From the NCBI GenBank assembly GCA_000165425.1, contig CT868541.1, positions 350,096 to 414,095 on the forward strand: 64,000 nucleotides of DNA, in the 5' to 3' direction. Shown here piece by piece: positions 13,800 to 24,602 of this stretch. This stretch comes from Paramecium tetraurelia. Lineage: Eukaryota. Both the position numbers and the translations under genes were made by a program. The notes beneath the pieces are model-generated. The model ran no database searches, was not told the origin of the DNA, and was given only the letters and a program-made list of their open reading frames with translations. The first letter of the stretch is position 1; every line of letters begins with the position of its first letter.

Positions 13800-14219
13800 A
13801 TTTCGTTTTTTCTTAAATAAATGTTATCATATATTTTATCATTTCTTTTGAATTCTTTCAGTTAAGACATTAGAACTCTAACTTTTAATTTCATTATTTA
13901 AACCATATTTATAACAAAATTAATGATAGACCTACACAGATTAAATTTAAACTACTATTTCTTAATATTTGTAAGATCGATATTAATCGATTTCAAATAT
14001 TTTGTTATATATCAAAACACAAATCATTGATTTTTTCACTCTATTCACATGTTTTTATAATGATAATAAGCAAATCTGAAAGAGTGATTAACCGTTATAA
14101 GAGTTATCGAGTTCTGTTACGGCTTTGAGGTAATTGAAAATAAGACTTAGACATTTAAATTTAAAAAACGTACTTTTCGCATACAAGTATGATGTTAAAC
14201 AAAGATTTATTAATATAAT

Positions 14220-15383
14220 ATGATCGAATAATTTCAAGTTTAAGGAGCGAAGGACAAGTATATTGTCTATAACAAAGTCTTGGGAAAGGGAGCATACGGG
14301 GTTGTTTTATTGGCAAAGGCTGCTAACTTAGGAAGTTATCACGCTGCTAAAATTGTAAATGTTTTTAATAACTTCTTAAGATTAGTAAAAAATCTCTATC
14401 CTAGACAGACATTTTCAACTTAAGAAATGAAATTAATATATAATCCAAGTTGGCTCATCCAAATGTTGTTGCAATGGTTGATGCCTTCGAAGACAATGAA
14501 TATTTATATATGTTGCTCGAGTATTGCAATGGAGGTTGTCTGTTTACAAACATACAGTTAAGTGGGCCTCTAAGAGAGGAGAAGGCATAGCAATATTTTG
14601 TGCAAATTTTGAAGGCTGTTCAATATTTACATTCTAAGAATATTTTACACAGAGACATAAAGGTAAAAAATGTAGAATATTGAAATAGCTGTCAAATTTG
14701 CTTTTAACATCTCAAGATCAAGTTAAATTAGCAGATTTCACTTGGAGCACATCTCTTTAAGGGGGATGCGTTGGTCCTCAAATTTGCGGAACACTTGAGT
14801 ATATGCCTCCTGAAGTTCTCGGAAATAAGGTCTAAAATGAAAAATTAGACATATGGAGTTTGGGAATTGTTTTATATGTATGCATTGATAGTTAATATTA
14901 TAGGAAATGCTTCACAATGACTTTCCGAAGCTTGGCTAATTGTTTTTCAAATTTGGAATTAGTGAAGAATGCAAATCATTGATCAAATAAATGTTGGAAA
15001 AAGAACCGTATCGAAGGCCAACAACGAGTGAAATACAAATGAGTCCTTGGATAAAGAGATATCATAGATATAAAGAACTTTCTATTAATATCATCAAGAG
15101 TTCAAACAATTTGCAGGATCAAAAAGGACTCAACTCTATGTCTTTTGTAGCAGGGTCCCCCTTGGGCTCTCCATTAAGATCAGGATTAGGAACTCCTCAA
15201 ATAAATACATTAGGATCTCCTTAAAAAAATAAATTAGGCGCTACCTTGGGATATTCCTTTAACAATGGCTTTGAATCTCCACTTGGTTCTCCTATGCAAT
15301 CCCCAATGAATTCACCTCTTACAAATGTGGGCAAACGTGTTGCTACAGAGCCAACTAGAATCAGTGCTTAGAAATTGGTATGA
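14220..15383 (+). CDS. Ser/Thr protein kinase, Aurora-like
   Basis: LGKGAYGVV, AAKI, NEINIQSKLAHPNVV, HRDIK-LSN, LADFTWS, CGTLEYMPPE and DIWSLG. Three tiny introns. C-tail rich in SP/TP. Confidence 0.9.
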
Positions 15384-16012
15384 AAATTACATTTCAACTT
15401 CTTTAAATAAATCTTAATTGCTAATATAATATATTGTTATTTTCTTAAAAAATTAATTATTACATGAGAATGCGAGGAAATAATTTCATTATTCTTTCCT
15501 AACTTTGTTTTAATTATGGGTTAATAACTGTAGGTAATTTTCTGAGAGTTTGAATATACCTCTGATTTATTTTGAAAAATGAGATTAAATAATAGTCTAT
15601 TTAAATTTAAGAAATAACTCATTAAAATGCTTTGAACATATATATTGATAGTCAAATCAATTCATTATCCAAAAAGAATTGAATACACATATAACAATGA
15701 TTTATTTTATTCAATAATGAAGGGCCATTCTATTTTTCTTTATTTTACTTCTACTGTTGTCAGTTAAATAATTATGAATTTGAAGGGAATATGCTTTTAG
15801 TTAATTCTCCTCAATAATTCTAAGGGTTATAATAGAATAATAGTAAATTATCTTTAACAATACCAATATATATATTAAAATTTGTTGAGAATAATTTAAA
15901 ATTTTATTAATAAATAAGTATGATGTATATAGATTTCGTTCTTTAAAAATCCGATGAAAATTAATTGATTTAGCAATATTTAAATTTTTAATTAATTAGG
16001 AAATAATATATA

Positions 16013-16926
16013 ATGTAATCTGGAAACAATATTTTTGTTTTCACTCAACAAGACTTCTAAAAATGTTTTGTTGTGAATTTGAACCCACCTTTGGGTCAAG
16101 GACATGATGCGAGAGTTTATTTGGCTATGCATAAGAAAACGGGAGAAATGTTTGCTTTAAAAGTGTTAACAAATTTGTCGTAGGATCACATAAAAAATCT
16201 CCAGGTTTAATTACAATTTATTTAGCGAACGAAATACAAATTCTTAAATGCATAGATCATGCAGGGACAGTTTTGTTGAAAGGGTACGCTTAAGATTACA
16301 CCTGCGTTCTATTGGAGTACATGCCAAATGACACATTCTTAAAAGTCTTGAAGAAAGGTCCATTCCAATTGTCGTTTGCTAAGACTTTGGCAGCCTATCT
16401 GACAAGAGTACTAGTCACCCTCCACACAGCTTTGATAGCCCATTGCGACATAAAGCCAGAGAATATTTTAATAGCCGCAGATTACAATTTGAAACTTTGT
16501 GATTTTGGCTTTGCTCGCGTCTGTAACGAACCCTTAAGACCTCCTGGAGGCACTCCTGGATACACAGCACCTGAGATGTACGTTACTCCATAGGTAAACC
16601 TATTTAAGTGTGACGTTTTTGCATTGGGTGTAGTGTTATTTATTGTAGTCATGGGATTCCCCCCCTTTCAAAATAATGACCCTAATGTGAAAGATGGATG
16701 GTGGGGTTTAATCCAGAATAAGCAATTCGATATTTTCTGGAGCAAATGCGAGTCATTTAGACAATAGCAATTTCCATAAGAATTCAAGAACTTGATAATG
16801 TCTATGTTGGAATGCGATCCAGAAAAACGGATATCTTTGCAGTAAGTGTTGGAACATGAATTTTTATAGAATGGAGCCTCAGAGGAGGAGGTGTTACAGG
16901 AAATTGAGAAACGAGTTAAGGAATGA
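16013..16926 (+). CDS. Ser/Thr protein kinase (CAMK-group-like)
   Basis: LGQGHDARVY, FALKV, HCDIKPEN, LCDFGFA, GTPGYTAPE and DVFALGVVLF. The frame at 16160-16245 is not resolved by one canonical intron alone. Confidence 0.85.
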
Positions 16927-17218
16927 ATTGAAAAATTTAGAAATAATATTCAAAAATATACATTAATTTAATATTAAATTATGAGTTCATCACAAAACTC
17001 TTATGAAAGTGCATCATCAGCATTGTCCAACACTGAAGACTTAGTCAGCAAGTTGAGTTAGGGAGTGGTAGAGGTCTTGGTTAAGGGAACAATTTGTGGA
17101 ATGGTCCATTTGTTAGTATTTACAGTACTAAAACAAAAAATTCATTACCAATAAAGTGAGGTGAAAAAGAATATCATTATTATTAAAATAACATTATAAT
17201 TATTTTATTATCATCCAG

Positions 17219-17431
17219 ATGTAGAGGCTCTTGAAACCTATTCAGATATAACAGCCTGTCTTGTAGAGAGTGGAAAATGCAAGGTCAGATTGTTCGGCTG
17301 ATGAAGACCTTAGTTTTATAGAAATTTTAAGAGCTGAAGCTCAAAATCCAATGATAAAAAACTTCTCAAAGGAGGATTCCATCATAGATGACACAAAGGA
17401 TTTGGAAGAATTCCTTAATTCTCTTGATTGA
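17219..17431 (+). CDS. Hypothetical 70-aa acidic microprotein
   Basis: ATG..TGA ORF: MQRLLKPIQIQQPVLQRVENARSDCSADEDLSFIEILRAEAQNPMIKNFSKEDSIIDDTKDLEEFLNSLD. Flanked by AT-rich DNA. Confidence 0.5.
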
Positions 17432-18122
17432 AATCAATGATGAAAGAGGAAACCCACTTCATAGTGAAAACCTCTTTTTCGACTGATTATAATACATAAA
17501 CTTTTAATCAAAAATACCTTCAAAATTCATTATTCGCATGAAGCCATCAACCATTTTACTTCATATTCTGGTTTTTCATAATCAGAATTTCCAAATTTTC
17601 ACCAAAACAAAGTTATTCCCATTATTTTTGAACTATAATAATTTTCCACAAAATTCTCATGTTTTCAAAAATTCCACTAAATCACTCTCAGTTTTTCCTT
17701 TGAAATATCACCCTCGACAACTATGAATATCATAGTTTCTTTATGTATTAGGCAAGCTTCAAGTGTTTATCATAATAAGTGGATACGTTTTTGTAATTTG
17801 AGTCGATATGATGAACGATATTGAAGAAGATTAATTAATGACATCTATGAGAGTTCTTGAATTGTCTATTGATTAAATTAAAATTGTAAATGGTTAAAAA
17901 AACAGAGATAAATTATGTCAAACAACTCGTATTTAGATTGATATTTTTGCAGTGAATTTTCAATATAATTCTAATTAATTCATGTTAATAATTGTCAGAA
18001 TAAATTGATAGATTATTTGAGAGTGGCTCTTCTTATTTGAGTGATTGTTTTCAATCAGAGAACAAGGAAGGCAGTGTTCGTTGAAGTTGAGATAATATAT
18101 ATAAATATAAAATTAATTATTA

Positions 18123-19821
18123 ATGAATAAGGATAAAATATAAGAAGGTAAAAGGAGATCCAAATCGTTCTAGGTCACGAGACAAGGAAAAGAATGAGGT
18201 GCTGAGATTCCCTCCAATAAATTAAGAGTAATTCAGAGCGGTTGTTATTGAATTTATGCTGAGTGATTAATTTGATTACCCTATTTCAGGGGGGGAATTA
18301 TACACTTACATAAACACAATATTTTTAGTATTGCATTAATTCATTCATTTTAAGACTAAAACAAGTACTCCTTATTTGAGAAATCTCTAAATTGAACCAA
18401 TCTTAATTTAATTGTCCGAAGCCGGTGCAATCAATCTATCAAAACTAGCTGTAGGTACATATTTGCAGGATTTCATTCTATCAATCTCAAAGGAGAAATT
18501 GGGATAAATGAATATATAATATTCCTAAGGAATAAACCAAAACAAATGCCAACAGGTGGAAGAATGGATTAAAGAGGAAATTAGATCAATTACAAGTGGA
18601 TAAACATTTCTAAAAATTGATCACCTGTTGGATGAAGCTAGAAATTAAAAAACTAATGTTAGTTTATTACCCAAGATGTGCTGCTCAGAAAAAGAGATTG
18701 ATTGAGAATGTAGGAAATATCAGTTTAAAATATGAAGATAATGTTGTTTAATTGGCATTGGAAAGGAAAAGAGCAGCTTTGTTGAAAACTGAAAATTATG
18801 ATGAGGAGGAAGCAAAAAGAAAGTTTACAGAAAGAGGACTTTAAATATGCGAAAATTTTACAAGAGATAAATGTCGAAATGTTTAATGTCAGAAAACTCA
18901 TTTTAGAAAGATACTCAAAGCAAATACATAGACAAAATTAGGTAATTGTACATATTTGGATTAATGTCCTGAGTAAGAATAATGTAAATACATACATTAC
19001 ATTCTCGATGGAAATGATGTGGATTGGCAAAAAAGAATTTAGACAGCACTATCTAATCATAAGAGCATGCCACCTTAATGGATAAATTGTGATTTAAGAA
19101 TTTTCGATTTTAGAGTCTTAGGAAAATTTGATGTTATCATGGCTGATCCTCCTTGGGATATCCATATGAATTTACCTTATGGAACTTTAAAAGACAAGGA
19201 AATGAAAGCACTTAGAGTAGATTTATTGCAGAATGATGGAATCATTTTCTTATGGGTCACAGGTAGAGCTATGGAGTTGGGAAGAGAGTGCTTAATTCTT
19301 TGGGGTTACAGAAGAGTTGAAGAATTGGTTTGGATTAAAGTAAATCAATTGCATCGTATTATCAGAACAGGAAGAACTGGCCATTGGCTCAATCATAGCA
19401 AAGTAAATTATTGTCTCATCTCATAGGAACACTGTTTGATTGGAATCAAAGGAAATCCTCAATTAATTAAAGGATTAGATTGTGATGTCATTGTCTCAGA
19501 AGTTAGAGAAACCTCCCGAAAGCCCGATGAAGTTTATGGTATTATAAACAGAATGTGTCCAAATGGAAAAAAAGTAGAATTGTTTGGAAGACCTCATAAT
19601 TGTAGACCTAATTGGATCACTCTAGGCAATCAACTTCCAGGAGTCTATCTCAAAGATGATGGAATAAGACAAAGGTATTAATTTGCTTATTATATAGATT
19701 TATGGAAGCTTATCCAAGTGTAGATATTTCAGAAAACAACATGAATGATAATTTGGTTTAGATGTCGAATCAAGAAAACTTAAATGTTATTTATAACAAT
19801 CATATCGGAAAAAAAGAATGA
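18123..19821 (+). CDS. METTL3: MT-A70 family RNA m6A methyltransferase, METTL3/IME4 type (two apparent +1 frameshifts in the 5' half)
   Basis: Two CCCH-type zinc fingers ([28 protein letters not shown]), then [81 protein letters not shown] and [19 protein letters not shown]. Confidence 0.93.
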
Positions 19822-19911
19822 ATTATAAAATAATAAAATTAACAGACTTTTCGTTATTTAATTGCAAGCTTATCATAAACAAATATAATCATCAAATAAA
19901 TACCAAGTTCA

Positions 19912-20411
19912 TCAGATCTCTATGACTTCATATTACTTCAATCTTTCTTCATAAACTTCAAATACTTCCTTTTAAATAAATAATTCGTAATTCAACATAT
20001 TCAAGAATTCCTTCTCCAATTAGTTTATCTCCTTTAAAGACAGTCCTCCAACCTTCGCATAATATTCATTCTTGTAATACTCATCATCATAATACTTTAT
20101 TGCCACCATTATGGAGACTATCATAAATCTAAACATTTTAAAAATTCATACCTATGTATACAATTTGAATTAAGCACTACATTCTAGTGCATCTCCTAAA
20201 TCTTATCCAGATATATTAATGCAAAGACAAAGCAAACACTATTGCAATGTGCATATTTTGCAATTCTCTGAATGTAATTCTCTATTGATATAGATGGGGT
20301 TCGTTAGGTATGGAATGGAGAAGCCTACTACAGACTCAATGGATCTGTTTCCTGTAAAATTTCTTCTAAAATTTTTGCTATTGTGAGAAGCAACTAATTA
20401 ATTGGTTGCAT
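19912..20411 (-). CDS. PHO80/U-type (P-type) cyclin
   Basis: PSISIENYIQRIAKYAHCNSVCFVFALIYLDKI, NCIHR-FMIVSIMVAIKYYDDEYYKNEYYAKVGGLSLKEINQLEKEFL. Confidence 0.92.
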
Positions 20412-20470
20412 TTACAAATTAGATATTTATCGAATGATTATGAATATAATTAAATATCTATATATTATCC

Positions 20471-21884
20471 TCATTCGTAATTAATATAACTCATTAGCAT
20501 CTCATAGACAGAAGGCTGATTGTTGATATTTGAATTCTCTTATTGAGGAGCCATTTAGAATTAAGGAGCAAACATTGAGCTCTTGAGCTGTTAATTAAAA
20601 GGTTGTGATTATGAATATTCTTATTAGAGAGATTGATTTTAATAATTAAATTATTATGATTAGTTTTATAAATTTTTTTATTATTCTAACATTAACTATT
20701 CTTACCTTAGTTACTCTTGCTTAATTTATTCTTATTTAAGTTACTCTTATTTAATTGACTCTTATCTTAATTATTCTTATCTTAATTATTCCTATCTTAA
20801 TTACTCTTATCTCAATTATTCCTATCTTTATTATTCTTATTTCAATTTTTCTTATCTTAATTATTCCTACCTTAATTACTCTTATCTCAATTATTCTTAT
20901 CTTAATTACTATTATTTCAATTATTCCTATCTCAATTATTCTTATTTCAATTTTTCTTATCTCAATTATTCTTCTTATTTTTTAATATAATCTTATGTAA
21001 TTTTATCTTGAACAGCAAAATCTTATTTGTTATGTTGTTATTCTGAGCCTTTAGATTGATCTACGTTTGATAATTAATTGATAGTTTCTATATATTATGC
21101 ACATCCATTCTAAGTTTATTCTGATTATTTTTGTTGAATTATATTCTACGTTTAAGTAACTATTGATTTAGGCACATAAGGACAATCATCATCTTAGTGT
21201 TTTGGTACATAGATGTATTTTGGATAGAATGAGTTTTGCTAAGGTATTTTAGGTTTTTAATTTAGTTATTGTTTTCTGCGTCCATCATATTTAATGTTGT
21301 TTTGATCGGAATCAAATTATTCATATTTTCGATTTTGATAGTTGTATTTTCGTGGAGAAACTTCTCTTCTTCGATCTCCAGAAATATTTCTTCTTTAAGT
21401 TCTTTAATTTTCTTTTTCAGAAGACTATCTTTATGGGTAATATTCTGAGTCATGTTTATTAGTCACAGATTATGATCTCTTAGGTTTTTGATTATTTTCA
21501 CTTGACTTGGTAATGTTATGAATGAGTGCTCTTCTTTTGCTTGTTATTTCAATCCAATCATCGTCTCCGTTGTCTTATTAATTTTGATTTTAGATTTAAA
21601 TGCTAATGAATTCATTTGCAATCTCTCTATTGAAATCGAACTGCTTATAAATTTTGTACAGAGCAAATTTCTTTTTAATTGTAAATTGAATTTACTTAGA
21701 AACTAGGATATTATTGAGAGATTAATTTAATGTCTTGTTTGATTTCCTAACTCAATTTATTTTTGTTCTCCTAATATTCTGCCTCATATTTCTCTTTAAT
21801 TGCTTTAGTGCCTGCCTTCAGCTATTCTTCTTACTGTAATTTTTTCTTTTCAGCCTCCCTCTGTAATCTCTCTGCAATATTCAT
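20471..21884 (-). CDS. Coiled-coil protein with LRQEQ pentapeptide repeat
   Basis: MNIAERLQREAEKKKLQQEEQ.. open to YEMLMSYINYE-TGA with TAR=Gln. Contains a DDDCPYVPK motif and a tandem repeat block. Confidence 0.65.
20695..20975 (-). repeat. Coding minisatellite, 15-nt unit (plus strand approx. AATTATTCTTATCTT), about 18-19 degenerate copies
   Basis: Visible tandem periodicity. The minus strand reads TTA AGA TAA GAA TAA = L-R-Q-E-Q. Confidence 0.9.
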
Positions 21885-22138
21885 CTTCTATTATGAGAAA
21901 TAATTTAAATAATTTTTAACTAATACACAATAATATTGTCAAATAATCAATCATAATAATCGAGTCCATCATCTATTTATCATGATTCGATCATATCATA
22001 AATGGACATAGATGTAATAATCAAATTTTTGGTCTAGATAACAAATCATAAAATATGGATTATCAACTACATATATATAATTATGATAAATATTTATGAT
22101 ATTAATATGATAATATTTTTCTGACATAAAAATCATAA

Positions 22139-23727
22139 ATGTTGAGATAATCACTTAGCAAAATATGTAGAAAAACCAAGCTTCAAAGATTGGGCTGTTG
22201 CTTCAGCAATTATGCTTAGAAGAATCCTGCAATGAAATTTGATGATGAGTTCAGAACAACCATAAATCAGGAAGGCAAATTACTACCAAATTCAGATCAT
22301 TCCTTTATAGCTGATCACGATGACAAATTTGGGTTGTAACACATCAGAGATCCTGCGAAGATATTGACACACTTGAAATCAGTCGAGTTCAAATATTCAT
22401 TAAATGATTTGATCTACTTTTTGCGTCATCTGGTTCACATTTCAGAAGAACATGGTTTACGATCGTAGATCATGAACAATTACAATTTTAGGGAGTTTTT
22501 GAATCACATTAAGAAATGCTTATTGACAAATCAGCATGACAAATTCCCCTTGATTGGATCCTACGCTTATTGCTTGAACAAATTGGATATCAACGACAGG
22601 GAGATGTGGAGATTACTGGAATACAAAATATTAGAAGATCAATATCATACAACGTTCGATGAGAGTGTCTTTGCAGCTCAAGGGTTCTGCAAATTGCCTT
22701 TGATGTACTATGGGCAAAGTGAAGAGACCATATAAGCCAGGATTGATAAGGTTTACAAAAAGTTAGAAAGAGTCATTCGGATAACCATTTGGGAAGTCAA
22801 CCCTGTGCATTATCATTCGATAGCAATGGCATTGGCCAAAGTCAATAGATTTGATCCCCAAATGTTTGCTAAATTGGAACAACACATCTTGACCAATCTA
22901 TCCTTGAACTACACCACCAAGATGATGATTGACATCCTATTCTGTTTTGCAAAGGGGAAGCAAGGGTCCTTGGAATTTTATGATTCGATGCAATATGTGA
23001 TCTTCAAAGGTCACATGTTTAATCGAAACTATTTCTTGTAATCGCTTTCAGAATTAAGTTACGATGGACATCTAGTAGCAAGATTATTAGGAATCTACAA
23101 AGAAGCATAGGATAAGTATCATGAATTCCAATTGCATCCTGACTTTTAAAGCAAGGTTCATAATCTCATGGTCAATAAGTTAACTTTTTATGATTTAGAA
23201 TCTCTGGTCACGACAATGACTCTATTGCCCACTTTCCTTAAAGACGATGTTAAAAATATTCAAAATAGTCTCATCAATCGAATTACCTAGATTCCAGGTT
23301 AATTCTAAATCCAAGACATAATCAAGTTTTATGAGTTCGTTGAGAAGAACTATGATGATATCAAGAATGCGCCGATTTAATAAATGCATTTCGTTGAGGA
23401 TAACCTTTACAAATACAGTGATTCTGTGAGCATGGATGATTTGATTATCGTATTGCAATATTTGGTATTGATTTATATTGATCATAGTATGAGAGACCTA
23501 AGTTCATATTGTAGCCAGATAAGTTTATTAATCAAGTCATCAAAACCTTTGATTAGAACATCAATCTAATGACTGCAGCCTAGATAGACATGTTGACATC
23601 TCTCTTTTAGCCTTTTTTGGAGTTTCAATAAAAGCAGATTGGGGATTCTTTGAATATAAAGAGCACATTAAAAAAGTTAAAGGATATTCAACTAATTAAG
23701 TAATATTATTAGAAGTAAATAGAATGA
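22139..23727 (+). CDS. Probable mitochondrial helical-repeat protein (FASTK/RAP-associated-like)
   Basis: Basic presequence-like N-terminus MLRQSLSKICRKTKLQRLGCCFS, helical repeats (MIDILFCFAKGKQGSLEFYDSM), and one intron near 23465-23487. Family assignment is inference. Confidence 0.6.
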
Positions 23728-23824
23728 AATATTTATTGTATGTAGATATTTGCATTAATTATATAATTATGGTTATAAAATTGCTCAAATATAATTTTAT
23801 CAATGCCATTTAACAATAATAAAA

Positions 23825-24524
23825 ATGAAAAAGAAATTCATCATCATTTCTTTAGAGGGCAACATAGGAGCAGGTAAATCAACATTGTTCGAGATCTTAA
23901 AAGAGGAATACCCATAAGCTATATTCCTTATGGAACCTTTGGAGCAATGGCAAAAAATTAATGGGAATTCCAATCTCAACATATTAGAGAAGTACTACTC
24001 GGATGCGAGACAGGTGGGGGTTTACTTTTTAAATTTACGCTTACTAATCTAGATTAATGGCTTGGGATAGATAATTGCAATAGGTGTTACAAAATGATCA
24101 ATAGCCAGTGTTAGTGTTTACAGAGAGAAGCATTGAAAGTGCCAGAGAACTCTTCTTTTAACTATGCTGCAATGATGGAAAGATCAGTCAAATAGAATTT
24201 GAGATTTATGAGGAATTTTATTAATGGCTGATGAACCATTATCAATAGTATTTGATAGATTGTGTGATATATGTCAATACTCCACCAGAAGTGTGTTTGG
24301 AAAGGTTGATAAAGAGAGGAAGATCAGAAGAAGCCTGTGTGCCACTTGATTATTTAAGGAAATTGCACTAAAGACACGAAGATTGGTTGTCTGAAAAATC
24401 TAATAGGTTCTTAACTATAAAGATCGATGCAACTTTGAATTATGTATAGGATTAGAAGGTGAAAGAGAGTGTGCGACAACTGTTATTATCGGAGATATAA
24501 AAATTAAAGGAGTTGCTGAATTGA
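23825..24524 (+). CDS. Deoxynucleoside kinase (dCK/dGK family) with one apparent +1 frameshift near 24011
   Basis: P-loop SLEGNIGAGKST, EPLEQWQ, RWGFTFQIYAYQSRL, ERSIES, IYVNTPPEVCLERLIKRGRSEE and LDYLRKLHQRHEDWL. Confidence 0.9.
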
Positions 24525-24602
24525 ATTGGAATGTACTTGTGATTTTATTATTATAAAATTTCCCATTAATCTAATCGTTTATACTTAAATAATTTTTAAT
24601 TT

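Noticed and set aside
17460..18095. Coding-like composition on the minus strand
   Set aside because: All frames hit TGA and no homology was recognised; possibly a decayed gene but unsupported.
20695..20975. Possible CRISPR-like array
   Set aside because: Contiguous 15-nt tandem units with no unique spacers, in a eukaryotic coding region.
20755..20985. Track ORF of 76 aa, extremely Ile/Leu-rich, resembling a membrane peptide
   Set aside because: It is the antisense reading of the LRQEQ coding minisatellite.
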